Shown here piece after piece: positions 26,232 through 41,799 of a stretch of 64,000 bases of DNA. Source of the DNA: Eledone cirrhosa (lineage: Eukaryota). A program made the translations under genes and the position numbers. The first letter of the stretch is position 1, and each line of letters opens with the position of its first letter. The notes beneath the pieces are model-generated. The model made no database searches. It was given only the letters and a program-made list of their open reading frames with translations, and was not told where the DNA came from. The stretch lies in NCBI GenBank assembly GCA_964016885.1, contig OZ024740.1, positions 369,458,001 through 369,522,000 on the forward strand, read 5' to 3'.

Positions 26232-27749
26232 ATGTTATGTAATCAAGCTTGCGTGTCTATTTTTCTACATACACGATGTGTGCTTAACAACAATATCCAA
26301 TATATTTCACAAGGTCGAGAAAATTAATCTCTTTATTCGAATGATCAATTTACGTATTAAATATCATTCAATTATACTATGACATTATTGGCGTTAGAAA
26401 ATATCACATATCATTTCAAATATACCATGTATCTTCTAGCATGTATGTTTGTACAGGAACAGTAAAATTCCACTTTACAAACAACATATTGACTATTAGA
26501 TATTACATTTAATATTACGTAATTATGTTCATATTTTGACACGCAGACAAAGATGTTGTACTGGGAAATACTGATTTCAAACTAGACAATGATATGTATT
26601 ACATAGCTAAACATAGTGATATATGTTCAACATATTCCAAGATAATGAGACAGAAAATCATCAGATATTCACATCCACACGTATATGCCCATATATAAAT
26701 ACAGACAAGTACAGTCACAACAAAAACATTCAGCTGTTGATATGTTTGGATATTCACGTGTTGCACGTGTCTAATTGTGTTTTCGTATAATTCAAAACGT
26801 AATTACATGCCAATAAAGAAGAGTTTAAATCACGCCCCTCCCTCACACACACATACATACACACACTTAGACACACACTTATACACAAAAACATATATTT
26901 ATAGTTAAATCAAGAAGCCGCACTATCAAAATGATGTTGGTAGTTATGTTGGTGGTAGATGTTCAGTCGAGCTGAACTCGGAATACATACAGACGAAGGA
27001 GGGCAGTGGATAATCTATGTATTCATATAGGAACGAAGGTGAAAAATGTAATGTACTCGGACTGGGTGTATATATATGCGAGCGCGCGCGTGTGTGTCCA
27101 TACTGGTTCAGAGATTGCTAAATATCTCCATATCTACACGTTTATATTTGTAAAGAAGAAGAAGAAGAAGAAGAAGAAGAAACGAGAAGAAAAGACGCAG
27201 AACGAGATAAAGAAGAAATAGCAAGAGCAAAAGAAGAAAAAGCTTTCATATCTTTTGTCAGACGAATAAAGCTTTTTATGTTCACGTCTGTGTGTAGAAT
27301 CATATTCTAATGTATAGCATTATCGTTAAATTCACTAATACATTTGCAGACATTCCATAATGAATTGCAATGTTACGCCATGTGTTCTCCTAAACGTATT
27401 GCACATGAACGATATATATATATATATATTTGAAAAAGAAGGAAAAGAATAACAGTACTTGTAGGTAGTTCTAAACAATTTGAATCAATTTTATAATATT
27501 ATAATATTATGAGTTGGTAGATATAGTAAGTTCTTTGTTAATTTCGGTCATTTTCTTCCTTTTTTTCCAATATACATAACTGTAGCAAGGATCTCAAACA
27601 TTTTCCAATATATATATATTTTTATGTAGGAGGTGAGTTTTATTGTAGCACAATAAAGCAATGCAAATATCGGATAAGTAGCACTCTACAGTTTGAAGGT
27701 CTGGAGTATAAATAATATAAGATCAAAAGATGGTTAAAAGAGTTACAAG

Positions 27750-27820
27750 TATTTCATTATGCGCATTTCAAAAACAAATATCATCATGGGACAATATCTG
27801 CGTTCTCATCAGATAAAATA
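27750..27820 (-). ncRNA. Minimal type I hammerhead ribozyme
   Basis: Minus strand TATTTTAT-CTGATGA-GAACGCAGATATTGT..ATGATATTTGTTTTT-GAAA-TGCGCA-TA-ATGAAATA, with palindromic stem III. Confidence 0.75.
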
Positions 27821-28736
27821 GGAATACATGATATAAAGCTAAAAAAACACTTGTGAATAGTGAAGTTTTAAATCAACATATGAAAAATAATTTAAGACTG
27901 ATGTATGAGATTGGGAAAAAAGTCAAGGGGGGAGGTAAGGAAGAGGAGGAGATGAGAGTAAAGAATGGTGGAGGAGGAGTATAAGAAGGAACGATGAGAG
28001 AGGAGGAGAGATGGGTGATAGAGAGAGAGAGATAGCCTTTACAACTGAGAAAAAAATATATATTGTCTCACAGAGAGAAGTTAAAAAGCCGTTGGAAGAT
28101 AATAGATAATTTAAAAGAATTTGAAATTAAAAGTTAATGAGGTTTATGCATGAAGAGAAAAAGGGATTCAGAATAATATTAAATTAAGGTTTGTATATTG
28201 AAGGGTTTAATATGTGTGAGGAAAATAAATTATTAATATGTATTATTAAAATTAAAATATTAATGTTATTAAGGATATAATGCGAAAAGAAGTAGAAGAA
28301 TGAATGAGTTATGAATTTAGAGGAATTAGTTAGTGTTTAAGTTTGATTTATGTAATGTAATATGTGTACGTAAATAGTTTGTTTAAAAATGAGCGCAGCA
28401 AGCAAAGAAGAAAAGAATGTTTAAGGAAGAAAATATCTAACATCTAAAAATATATATGTTTACGAAATATTTTCTAATGGTAATAATATAATATATTAAA
28501 AGAAATTAGTGAGGGTTTAAGTTTGTTTTTATGTATTGTAATATGTAAAAGTCAAACGAGCATAAAAGGATGAGATAAGGAATCTAAGGAAGAAAAATCT
28601 AACGTAAAAAAAATGTTTATGTTTACGAAGGACTATTAAAGGTAATACTATAATGTATTAAAAATATAATAATAATTTTTATGGCCAATGATATGAAGAA
28701 AGATGGAAGAATGGATAAAGTTGTGATGAGTAATAA

Positions 28737-28922
28737 TTGTTTCTACTTTTGGCACAGGGCCAGTAATTATCCAGTACATTACTGGTACTTTATTTTATCG
28801 ACCCCGTAAGGATGAAAGGCAAAGTCAACCTCAGCGGGTTTTGAACTCAGATCGTAAAGAGATGTAACTATGCTGGAAAGCATGGCGTCCGACCCTCTAC
28901 CGATACTGCCAATCCACCGCCC
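28737..28922 (-). mobile_element. Full-length tRNA-derived SINE nested in the PLE 3' UTR
   Basis: A box TGGCAGTATCGG and B box GTTCAAAACC on the minus strand. Flanking near-duplicate TTGTG(G)ATGAGTAATAAT (28721-28737 / 28923-28940) is a likely TSD. Confidence 0.85.
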
Positions 28923-29536
28923 TTGTGGATGAGTAATAATAAGAATTGAGAAGTAGTTAGGAAGAAAAAGTACAGATTAGATGTTAGAAATTAAAAAGAA
29001 AAAAGGAAGAAAGGAAAGTGATAAAGAGGAATGATATAGAATGAGTAACGTGTATTATATAATATATAATAAATAATATTGAAATAACGTAGAAAGATGG
29101 CTATATTTTTAAAAGATATATAAGCCTTTGAGAAAAAGGGTTTTAAACTAGTAAGGTATTAGATATTAGCTGTATACTTTATGGAATGTTCTGTGGAATT
29201 TATGCAAGCAGAGAGAAAATAAATCAGTGCGTCTATTTATTATAGAATTGAAATTAGATATAATGGTAAATTTCTCAGCTAGGCAAAGATTACATGTTCT
29301 GGATAAAGAGGCATTTAAATAGTGAGAAGCAGAACAAAGTTTTCTCCAAAAGATGTTATAGTTAATATTTTCGTCTTTCAAGGACCATATGAGTTCTGAG
29401 AGTGCCGTGTTAGTTCTTTTACGTTGGTATTTACTCTTATCTCCCCCCTCATATATCAATCTTATATTATTTTTCATATGTTGATTTAAAACTTCACTAT
29501 TCGCAAGTGTTGTTTAAGCTTCATATCATGTATCCC

Positions 29537-29606
29537 TATTTATCTGATGAAAACGCAGATATCATCCCATGATGATATTTGTTTTTGAAATGCGCATAAT
29601 AAAAAT
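29537..29606 (+). ncRNA. Minimal type I hammerhead ribozyme (inverted pLTR copy)
   Basis: TATTTAT-CTGATGA(29544)-stem II-GAAA(29587)-TGCGCA-TA-ATAAAAAT. Confidence 0.7.
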
Positions 29607-29917
29607 AATTGGAACTCTTTTAATCATCTTTTGATCTTATATTAAATATATATATATATATATATATATCAACTAGACAGACCATTACACAATCGAGTAC
29701 TCGATATTTTGGTGTAGTTGTGCATGGCTATATTATAAAGGGTCATGAATCAGCGCCTGAAATTATGCCGATTCAACAGATAGATCCATACTAGGCACTA
29801 GCTCCCAAAAAGGCAGGAGCTCAGTCGCAGCCGTCGGTTCCCGACACATTATAACAAATGAATACACATACACACACTCATTCACACACACATACACAGA
29901 CACACGCACATATATCT

Positions 29918-30005
<88 letters not shown>

Positions 30006-30955
30006 GGTTAACTGAACAGCGATATGCGGACGGATCACCCCATGTTTATGGTCTGTCGGTTGTGAAGCAGATAAGAAAAGCGCTCAACGACCTGATTTAT
30101 ATGTATGTTGGGATGTGCATATATATATATATATATAATTATGAAGGTTTGTTACTGCAACGGGGCCATACGTACGTTTTGTTTGTCGCAAGGATCAGCT
30201 TGTTTAACATGTGCCTGCCAATAAAAATGAATCGGAAAATGTTTAGATAGTGGGGAGGAAATAAAAGAAAAAGAAGAAACGAGTGTCAAACCATGGGCCG
30301 AGAGTTCAGGTGGTCTAGATGATGAGAAGTGACCCAACAAAGCGAACACACGCTAAAATAATAACTAATAATTATGAGGGTGCTAAATCAAGCGGTTATG
30401 AAAGATATTATTCGATATTAAGGAGGCCATTTCTTCAAAGCGTACTTAGAAAAATGAGAACATCACGAAAAGTATTCTGTACGTGTGGTAAGTGATTTGT
30501 TATTGTTGTTGACATTATTCAATGTCCACCATTTCTCAGCATTTTAAAATCTGCTGACCTTGAACCCGTTTATATATGGCCCAGACCCCTCTATTTTCTT
30601 CCACTTTATGGAAAAGTAAATGTATTTGTGTTGACACGATTTATTTGCCAAATTAGTGTTGTTTCTTTTATTAGGGTATTTGAAAGTCGTTTCTGGTTTG
30701 TTGAATTAGATTTTAAACCGGCTCTGTCCCTCAAATCCTATATATGAATCTATTATAAATATCGCTATTTCAGGGAAACAACACAGTATATGCGATTGAA
30801 GTAGCTCTGACATGAAGACATATTTTTGTACGATAACAAGATACCACTGGTAAATGAAATAATTATCTTATGTTGTTTATTACATAACTAATACGCTCTG
30901 TAGCCTACACAGAACACTCTTTTTCCCTGTACCTTTCCGATTAACACACACATAC

Positions 30956-31010
<55 letters not shown>

Positions 31011-32248
31011 ACAGTCTTTGAGAAAGATAAAGAGAGAAAGGGACGGAGAGAGAAAAATAAAAAAAAACAGAAAGGCGTTGTGTCTTTAAGAATATATATT
31101 TACGTTAACGTAACTAGTTCCACATTTTCATGATCTACACACTCGAGTCTGGCCGGGAGTTGAACATTTGCTCATTTTTATAATAAAAATAGGACTTAAA
31201 ATTCTGTGTTCATTTAATTGGTTGAGAATTGTTACACGGTTAGTAATAGAATTTTGTTAGTTCTTCATGACAACACTTGACAATACAAGGAACAATTGCG
31301 CCAGATTTTATAGCTACTTACGTCTTTTAAATCAGTCATGTCCTAAATCAACGTTGTGTGAACTTAGGAAATATCTCATGTGACAGAATAAACTAATCGT
31401 ATGTATTGGCATGCTTGCATGCGTATGTGTTAATCTATGTGTTTGTGTGCGACTAATTGTTAATCTGTGTATCGTTTCTCTTTATGAATATACTATCCGA
31501 ATTTAATCTGTGATTTTTTTGGAAAAACGGGTGGGTGAGAAGATTTGGAATTTGTGGGATTTCTTCATTGCAATATACATAAAGTTAGTTCCACAAAAAA
31601 TTAGCAAACCATACTCAAGGAAACACGTTTCACCGATCGGATTTTGAACCCGTGTATGGATGTAATGAGATGTGAGTTATATGTCAACATAGCCACACAT
31701 CTCTACATCTCTCTTAACGTTTGAAAATCATGAGAATGTATATGTAAAACAGTAAATATTACAGTGATTCAATATTGCGCAACAGAAGGTGTCACCTGTT
31801 CTGTACTGTTCATTAAAATTGTATTAAAAAGCAACTGATTGAAGGAAACAACAACAAGGAGTACAGAAGAAGCGAAATATAAAGGATGACTAATGTTTTG
31901 TTTTGTAAAGGAATTAGATAAGAAGTCACTTTGTAAGGCACCTGCTGTAACAATGGAGAAATAAATATACATGTTCCTTTTGCTTTTTTTCATATATCAA
32001 AACTAAGAGCTATATATTATGATATCCTTATCAAAATCCATGTTACGTCGTTGATGTACGGTTGGTGGTAAATGTAAAAAGGAAAATAGTAGGAAAATCG
32101 GTTATTAAATGGCTGTAAATTCGAACTATATTTTAGTCTTTGGTGTTATCTTGTTCTTCATTTTTTTTTGGCAGAATGAATTGCGGTTTAGACACTGACA
32201 TATACAGATACACCCACAACACAAACACACGCACACACACACAAACAC

Positions 32249-32341
<93 letters not shown>

Positions 32342-32360
32342 ATAAACAGCACATTATAAT

Positions 32361-32434
32361 TATTCCATTACCAGAGGCATCAAGAAACTAGACGATCCTT
32401 GCAAAAACGTCTAGCCCGTTCATCAGATGAAATA
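32361..32434 (-). ncRNA. Degenerate hammerhead ribozyme (GAAA mutated to GATG), likely solo pLTR relic
   Basis: Minus strand stem I TATTTCAT/ATGGAATA, CTGATGA, stem II GGGCTAGACG/CGTCTAGTTT, then GATG-CCTCTGG-TA. Confidence 0.5.
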
Positions 32435-32568
32435 GTTATCTATCTAGATAACTAGTGGTAATGCAATAATTATATTGCGTTGTTTATTATGTAATTAAAT
32501 AGCTCTGTACTATACATGAGCACTCTTCTCACTTTTACCTTTTCTACTGAAATACTTAACACAAGAAC

Positions 32569-32611
<43 letters not shown>

Positions 32612-32894
32612 CACACATATATCTATATGTATATATATATATATATACACCCACACATATATATATATACACACACACACATATATATAAATATATGTGA
32701 GAAAAACCACAGACACTCCATCTCAACTCCACTTTTGAAAAGCAGAACTGCGAAACCGGTAAAGGAACCAAATAAATATATATATTTTTTAAAAAATAAG
32801 ACTCTAGTTGCATTTTCGATTTCATCTTTTTTTCTTTATACTTTCACTCGTGTAGGACACCTCGGTTATTTTTCATTTTGTAAAAAAACCTCAC

Positions 32895-32939
<45 letters not shown>

Positions 32940-33828
32940 TATATGTATATGCATATATATGTATATGGTTTGGAGTACCGGTTAGCATTTGCGTGAATGT
33001 GTGCATTTGTGCGTGGGTGTTGTATATTTTAAAAATCTGTCAATTTCTACTGAAATTCAGTGTTACCCTGAACCTCTTTGTTTACAATTCTATTTATTTT
33101 ACAAGACAAATGCTATATCCTAGATATTTTCATGCACGTGTCAAATTATCTCGCTGTAGGTCGAAAGTAGAAATTGGTTGCTTAAACCTTTAATGTCTGC
33201 GAATAATATATATAGATATGAGTGTATGTGTGTGTATGTGTATGTATATCATTATATGAATAATTAATAAAAACACTCTTATCACATGAATCTGAAAAAT
33301 CATAATTATATCGTAGAAAGACTAATTACACCATTGTCGGTTAAAGTAAAATGTAGTTTGAATTTATAGGTGCTAATTATGAATTTAATTATTTCATCAA
33401 TATGATAATCCAAATGGACACGGAATGCAGTTAGGCTTATTCCTAATACAGGAGATATAGTTATTTTTATTTTTGTAATATACTTTTAGGTTAAAGCTTC
33501 ATTAACATTTTGGACGATTTCTCTTACTTCAGTGGTATTTGATGTTGGTGCAGAATGAAATATGTATCACATCAACAACTGGAATTATCCATTATATATA
33601 GGGTCAGTTGTAATATCAGCAGTCAACATTTAAAGTTCATTGGTTTTAGCTAGACAGATGTCTGAGATATCTGCGACAGTTGCCAGATTAGCAACAACAT
33701 CGTCTGTAACAACAACCACTATAATAAACGTAAATATAAGTAGGAATGTAATTTAGTTTCATACCGAATCATTATGTAGAAATATGTTTGGCCCAACGGC
33801 ATCCACAAACAGAACAAGAACAATAATA

Positions 33829-33947
33829 ATTGTTTCTACTTTTGGCACAAAGCCAGCAATTATTTCACTACATTACTGGTACTTGATTTTATCGACACCG
33901 TAAGGTTGAAAGGTAAATTTAACCTCGGTGGGATTTGAACTCAGAAC
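33829..33947 (-). mobile_element. Partial tRNA-derived SINE
   Basis: Matches the SINE 3' part through the B box (GGATTTGAAC on plus). Confidence 0.75.
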
Positions 33948-34419
33948 CACAAACGCAGACCTACCACTATGTCAGAGCTTGCCTCACTTTAGACAACGGC
34001 AGCCACGATGTCGACATCACGAGCAACAATAATAAAAAGAAGAGGAAAATAAACAACAAGAACAAGCCGACACCAATTTAGATGATAACCACACGAACAT
34101 AAACTACAACAGTGATATCCACAACACCAATGACCACAACGTCTCCAGTAAGGTAATAGCCACATATCAAGAAGACAAGTGTATTCTTAAATACAAGACA
34201 TGTAATGAGTGCTCGTGTCCGTAGACTCGTAAATATGATTGCGCGTTTGCGTGTTTAGATATTGAAAAGCAACCATGATTGTGCAGTGTAATTAGATATT
34301 TAAACGATGGTTTAAGGTGGATTGCGTTCCCTGGCTTGAAGGAAAATTCGAAGCGGGTGAAGTGTGTGTATGTGTGTGTGTTTTAATCTTTAAAATTCAG
34401 CTTTAGTGCACAGTCCACT

Positions 34420-34620
34420 ACTGTCAGAATGGACAGGATCTTATTGGGAAAGAGGATTTATTTTCTGAAGTCTATGTTGAGAGAATGATCTCAGTGTGTG
34501 GCACGAGATTATGCGCCAAACAGAAAGTCTAAATAGAAATACTTCCTCGATGAAATCACTAAAGGGTTAGATGCAGTTATGACTAAGTCATATGTCCTAA
34601 AGGGGGATTTCAATGCAGAA
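34420..34620 (+). pseudogene. Degraded APE endonuclease fragment of a LINE
   Basis: Translates DYAPNRKSK*KYFLDEI...VLKGDFNA (YAPN and GDFN motifs). Confidence 0.5.
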
Positions 34621-34869
34621 GAAGAAGAAAAAGAAGAGTACCTCTTGATATAGATTGACTGATGAAGTGGATATTACGGAGAGTTCTTCACGACAACCTC
34701 TCAACTCTGTGAAAAAAACTACGTGTAAATTTCTTGATTGTGATTTTAAGAGGTAATTTGACTAAACAACTATCCAATCAGGAAATGTTTTAATTATCGA
34801 CCATAAAATGTAGCATTTGTTTATTTCAAAAACATCTATAGTTTGCGATAAAAATAATTAAAGATAAAT

Positions 34870-35060
34870 AATTATTTCTAAAATTCACACAGGTCCAGCT
34901 ATTCAGGGAAATAAGAAAATCGATTATATTTATACGAATGCTTAACTGATATTTAAATTAAGGTCGCCGAAATGATGAAAGGTAAAGTTGGCTGCAATGA
35001 GATTTGAACGCAAGGCGTAACAATTATAACTAAATGCTACAAAGAAGATTTGTCCGACAT
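34870..35060 (-). mobile_element. Old diverged SINE copy
   Basis: GATGAAAGGTAAAGTTGG..GATTTGAACGCA..CGTAA is similar to the SINE core. Confidence 0.5.
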
Positions 35061-35809
35061 TTTACGCTACAGGTATTTCATCGCACGAAATAAATATAAG
35101 GAAATAAATATGATCACAGCTTGTTAAGTGTTAAAGCGAAAATCACTTCTACTCCAAATCAACCACATATAGTTATTTTTTTATTTTGTGTCTAAGCGTA
35201 ATTACACACACACACAGACACAGACACACAGACACAGACACACGTAATTATTCACACGCACACACACATCTTTAGGCGTGATCTTCACTGACAAGGCAAA
35301 CTATTTTTTGTAGTTAATCGGATAGTAGAACATCTTATTTGTGTATGGTCTGTTATAGGAGATCGCATGTATTTATAATAATCTTTGAGCAATACTGGAG
35401 ATATTACATACATTAGTATACGTGAATATGTAACGCAGATTGATTAATGGAACTATTCAAAAGAGATATTTAAATTGATAAAGAGTTAATTAATGTAGAT
35501 TCATGTAACTCTAATGATTGTTCAGTTACATAATATTTGAGAAGTTTGGTCATATATTATGACGTACAAGTGTCTAGAGGTGAAATTCAATCTTAGTGGA
35601 AAACATTTAAGATTATTTAATATAAACAAGTTTACTAATAGTCTCGTATATAAAAACAGATACCTATATACTTAGATACAACAGGAAATAGAAATATAGC
35701 CATACAAGTATATACATACTCATACACACACATACACACCCACACAATCAAACACGCAACTACACACACACTCTCACGCGCACGCACTTACATACACAAA
35801 CACACAGGC

Positions 35810-35881
<72 letters not shown>

Positions 35882-35894
35882 ACACACACATACG

Positions 35895-35968
<74 letters not shown>

Positions 35969-35999
35969 TACATATATATACAGATGTATACATATAACA

Positions 36000-36950
36000 A
36001 CAGGATACCTAACCTCGTCCTGTAATGCAAAGAAAGAAAGGTGGTGAAATCGGCCGAGCTTACTCTGTCTCATTTGGGAGGCTAACATTGATGAAGTATA
36101 GAAGGGAAAGCCATAGTGGATAGTGAGCTGTTGACTATGTGAACCAGTTGAAGGGAGGTATCGTATTTCACAGTAGAGAGGGATGTCAACGGATTTGTCG
36201 AAACCAGGGTTGACTCGCTGTCCAATGATCCTGGACTAGTGGCAAAGGGAAGGAAACAATTTCTATCCGTACTGGGATTTTTTAAAACAGTATGTCTCTT
36301 TACCCATTCGTTAACGTGGTGAAATGTTTGCCACTTAGATTGCTATTCAGCTCTTGACACATTGATGTGTATAAAGTTATGGATTTGTTCTGCAAGAGAG
36401 ATGCAGAATTCCCTGGAATTGACACCAGGGAGATTGGTTCCCTTATTACACTCATCCAATACTGTGAATCCCAACACTTAGCGGCCTTTGTCACATTAAG
36501 CCAGAGATAGGCAGACTATCGACCATTAAATCATTTGCCAAGAAACCCAAATATTGAGCCGATTGACCAGTGCCATAGGACCCGCAAAACCATTATCAGG
36601 TAAAGAAAATGATTGCGAAACCAGTTTCTACTAGTATAAGAATAACATTTTATGGTGCATATAATACAGTTCAATAGCAAAATGTATGCCTAGGAAGAGG
36701 GAGCGGCTATCGGAATCAGCATTAATGGTGTTGTGGCCCACCTCTCTATGGTATGGTGAGACAAGAGATTTAAGGAAAGCCTAGCAGAGAAATCTGTAAC
36801 CCTAAATGTACACTTCAGTTTGCTATACGATTTTCCTCTAATATTAAAGATATCCCTACAATTTTCCTTTAGGTTTAAATAGTTGGCAAATAGACAATTC
36901 CTTTCACCAGAGATTGAAATTAACAAGAGGCTGTCCACGCAAACCCCGCA
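36000..36950 (-). pseudogene. Highly degraded LINE RT (Jockey/CR1-like)
   Basis: Minus-strand LNVTKAAKCWDS (cf. LDISKAFDRVWH) and SNLSGKHFTTLTNG (cf. SFLSGRS..V.VNG), with PIA upstream. Many stops. Confidence 0.4.
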
Positions 36951-37319
36951 ACCACAGACTACATGTTTTAGATACAAAACTAAAGAATGAGACTGAGAAT
37001 AACAAAGATGCACCAAGTGCATTCTGCCAAACGCATTGCCTTCAAATATCTGACTCACCGGAAAGCAGCAGTTTCTGATAGTATAATAATCAACATCCTG
37101 ATAGCGAACAGATTAAGTGTGATGAAGAAAGTGTCCCGATCGTGTGATCCTATGGATTTATAGCAAGCAAAATTGTAATGCTCGCACCCCAGTGGCGAAT
37201 TAGCTTATATATTTAGAAGGGCATTTGTTCAATTAAAATTGAATGTGAAAATATTAGAAACGCCAGGAATTCGTATAAATGCTTTGAGCAGCCTAACTTA
37301 CTTTTTTTTAACAAAAAAC

Positions 37320-37600
37320 CCTGTATAGGTAGAAATTGTACAGTAAGCCCACATATAAAATATAAAACCAGTTGTGTAGTTTACAAAATAAGATGCACAG
37401 AAGGATAATGCAGTATATGAGAAAGGATAACGGAGCATTGGCAAGATCTCCAAGATGACAAACACTCATCATGCCAAATTTGAGCATGCGATCTAACTTG
37501 GAAACATTGAAATATAAGTAGTACACCGAGCCGATGCGATGCTCAGACAGATTAAGGAAGCGGCGTGTATACCTTAATGTATGCCTAAGGTCAATAGAAA
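37320..37600 (+). pseudogene. Degraded Penelope-type GIY-YIG fragment
   Basis: KTSCVVYKIRCTE and DAMLRQIKEAACI resemble the VVY.I.C and R.I.EA..I motifs of PLE endonucleases. Confidence 0.45.
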
Positions 37601-39374
37601 GCGACATAAGGACACACATGACCACTCTAAACTATAATAAAGTAAGGAGTGCGATTCACTTCTTTAACATTTTCAAATGTCAACACTTCCGTTTAGCGAT
37701 CGCTTAAATACACATTCATTTATTTCCGTCACTAATTCTCTCCTAATGCAGTTTATATATAATATCGTCTTTTTTAATGTATCATGGATTACGTTACTGA
37801 TTACACAAGAGAGTTTAACACAGTCTTCGTTCAATTTCTGTGTATATTGTCAATTACGATGTTATTTAATATATCATATCTACATGCAATATGCACGTTA
37901 CACATGCTAGCGGAGGGTGGTTTTTCTGGTAGTGTAACATAATAGAGAGAGAGACACAAATCGAGTCGTACAGACATAGAGTACAACAAATAGAATAACA
38001 ATTTACGATTGGAGGACAATAGAGAAAGAAGACCGAAAAACATAACACACACATTAGCACAAAAACATGAATGCACACCGAGACACAAAGACACATAGAC
38101 ATCAACATTATGATTTTTCATATTTACAGGAACAATATTTTGGTTGGAATCAACTCATGTCAATTTCTCCCTGCATCCATTTCACCTAGAACCTGCACAT
38201 GTTAAAACATGAGATATATTTATGTGTTGCACAGTTTGGTGCTTCTTGTATGCTATGCCAAAAATAAAAGGGAAATAAAAAAAAATTTCAATTCTAATTT
38301 GTTGATTGTAACCAGGTTGAATTTTTTGTCCGATTTCGCCTGTATTTATCCAGAAGACATTTCTACCGTTTATAGGATACTAAATGAAAAATAAATGAAC
38401 CATACCATTAAATTAAGTATGTAGAAATAATTTTACATCGGTGATTTGCTTGCATTGCTTGTACAAAGAAGATTTCGTATCACGTTGATAAGGTGAGATT
38501 TTCAATATTTGTTTTAATAATGAGTTAACAATAAACGTTTAATGAAAGGTTCGCTGCTGTTGTTCCAGTGCTGGATTTATTAGTGAACAGTAAATAGGCT
38601 GGTTTTAGCCAGGTTCCATTCATGGTTATAACGTTAGAAAATAATTAACTACTCTTTTGTTATACATAGCCTCAATGGATTCCAGAAAAGTAAGACCAAA
38701 ATGCGGTTTGAAATAATATTGATTGATTGATTTTCATTTTTCACAGTAAATAAGTAAATAAGAAAATGGAAACCAGAAAGAACATTAGTCTGCTTGAAAA
38801 AAACCCCCAAGGGGTTACCTCAGATATGACTCTCCTTCAAACAACAATTACACTCATGTTTTCTCTACCATCACCTTGAACTCGGGAAGATAAATTCAGT
38901 CGCCGTAAAACATTAGCCAGAAGACCTAAGAGAGTGGAGGAAACAAATATCACTAACAAAACGGAAAACATCCACACTTCAATCGTAACAAAGGCTCTGA
39001 GATGTTGAAAAGTTATCTAGTGGAAATATTTGGCTTTACACGCCAGGGCTATATCGGACGAAATTATGTTCCATCTGAATATCAAACATTCCTTGACACA
39101 AAGCGGGCAGATAAGATATCTTCATTCATAATTGGTGTCGATGCAGATTATTTTCAAACCTGTGTGGTTTGAATGAGTGTCACTGACGAAAGTTTAACAA
39201 ATTTGACATTCTCAAAACGTAATGTCAACTCGTTACATATTCACAGAAAAAAATAGAGAAAAATAAATGTCTTCATTAAGAAAAATATATTTATCCTCGA
39301 TAGCGAGGTTACCCAAATATTTATTGTAAATAAACGCATAATATATATTTCTACAGGTTTTTATATGCACAACT

Positions 39375-39899
<525 letters not shown>

Positions 39900-41459
39900 A
39901 GTGTGTTTGTTTGTGTAATTTACAGATTGCAATATAGATGATGCTGTACCATAAGAAAAGGAAAAATAATACAAAGAGTGGGGAGAATATACATACATAG
40001 AAAATGCTATGTGCTGCTCGCTCCAGCTAGGAAAAGTAAATATACGCATGTATTAATATATATAGATACACACATATCTATGTGTATGTGTGTGTGTCGT
40101 TACTTGAGTGTTTTTGTATGACTGTGCCTGTGTGTGTATGCATATATAGTTAACTCAGAAAATAGTTTATTAACTAAACACAATATCTGAAATCTATTTG
40201 AATTATTACTTCATATTTCTGGGAAAAGTTTGGTGAAGAGCTTATATTTTGTGAGTATTGAACATGTTTTGTTACAATATAAAAGTTGAAAATCTTCTGC
40301 AATATCATCACAACACAAAGATGCTGACATAAATTGGTAGTCACAGAGTATATGAGAGGCAAAATCAAAACGAGATATAGATGTTTAGATAGAATGTGGG
40401 AGGAAAACGTACCCACAAATCTTACTATAATTGAATATTAAGTAAACTAAGGGAGAAATGAAAATATCTAATCAAAATATCTATAAAATAGGATGAGACA
40501 TAAACGGTGATTGATAATGAAAGACCAATAGATAGCAGGATATAAAATATATATAGTCAGAAAGGTATATAGCCTGCGAGAGAAAAATAAGGCATAAATA
40601 TATTGCGAATCAACTAAAAATATAATGTAAATATAGAGAGGGATTTAGCAAAATTGTGATTAGGTGGATTTCATTTAGAGTGAAGTATGAAAATGAAAAT
40701 ATAATTCCGGGAGAGTGAAATGTAAAATGAAGGGAATAGGAGAGATATGCATTGAAAGAAATGTAAATATAATATATAGAAGATAAAATTAGAGATTTAA
40801 AATGAGGAGAAGATTGTGAGACGTGATAAATGAACTGAAAATAGAAAACGAGAAATGGACGGGGGAAGCAGAGCGAGGATAAACAAAGGGGGGGGGGGGG
40901 TATTCAATGAAAATCACTATAAATGAAGTATTATAGAATTTATTGACAGGAATATATCGCAAAAGGATAAGACAATGCAGATAATGAAATAAAGATATGT
41001 GAGAGAGAGAGAGAGATAGACACAGAGAGAAAACATATACGTGCGATAAAAAAGCAAGAAAGTAAAAGAAAAACAAGAAAAGAAAACAAAAATTGTAGAG
41101 TGGGTAAGTACAGGGTATGGTTGAAGACAATTTACTCATGTTAAAGCAGTAAAATTCATGCAGTGAATTCAAATAAAATTAACGTTAGAAGATTTATAAA
41201 AAATTCCCAACTGTTCGGTTGAGTGAGTATTAGAGAGAAAAGACAAACACCATCGTTACGTTCTCACGTATACTGCACTTTTACAGGCATTCATAATATC
41301 TCAGTTTCGCTGTTCGCTTCGTTTCCATTTCGATACACACATCCACACACCACATATATATATATATATAGTATATACATCTTTGCTACATACACACGTC
41401 TCTACATGTATACATACACACATACATGAATATATATATACACAGACAAATATATATAT

Positions 41460-41553
<94 letters not shown>

Positions 41554-41799
41554 GGTGTTAGATGCTTAAAGCGTTCGTATTCGGTAGGCCTGCATAAATG
41601 AGATCAAGTGCAAGATTGTTTGACAGAATTTGGAATTGGCTGCAAAATTCGGCAAATTGCTGAGATGTCGACTGAATTGGCACCTCACACATATACAACT
41701 AGATAAATCAACGGCAAAGTTCAAGATAAGCGGTAAAATGCAAGGAAAAGAGTGTTAGGAAAGCAATATTAACTATCTTTAAACTATACTTCACAAAGA

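Larger units (their letters stand above)
27620..29645 (-). mobile_element. 5'-truncated Penelope-like element (Naiad-type) with 3' pLTR and inverted 5' pLTR
   Basis: ORF 29166-29440 (-) reads TALSELIWSLKD..IFW..CNLCLAEK..IINRRTDLFSLCLH, the C-terminus of a PLE GIY-YIG endonuclease. ~27713-27910 is inverted relative to ~29447-29645, and both arms carry a hammerhead. Confidence 0.82.

Noticed and set aside
39170-39232. Hammerhead-like CTGACGA...AAAACGTAATGTC
   Set aside because: GAAA is absent and stems I and II are poor. Possibly a decayed pLTR, but not supportable.
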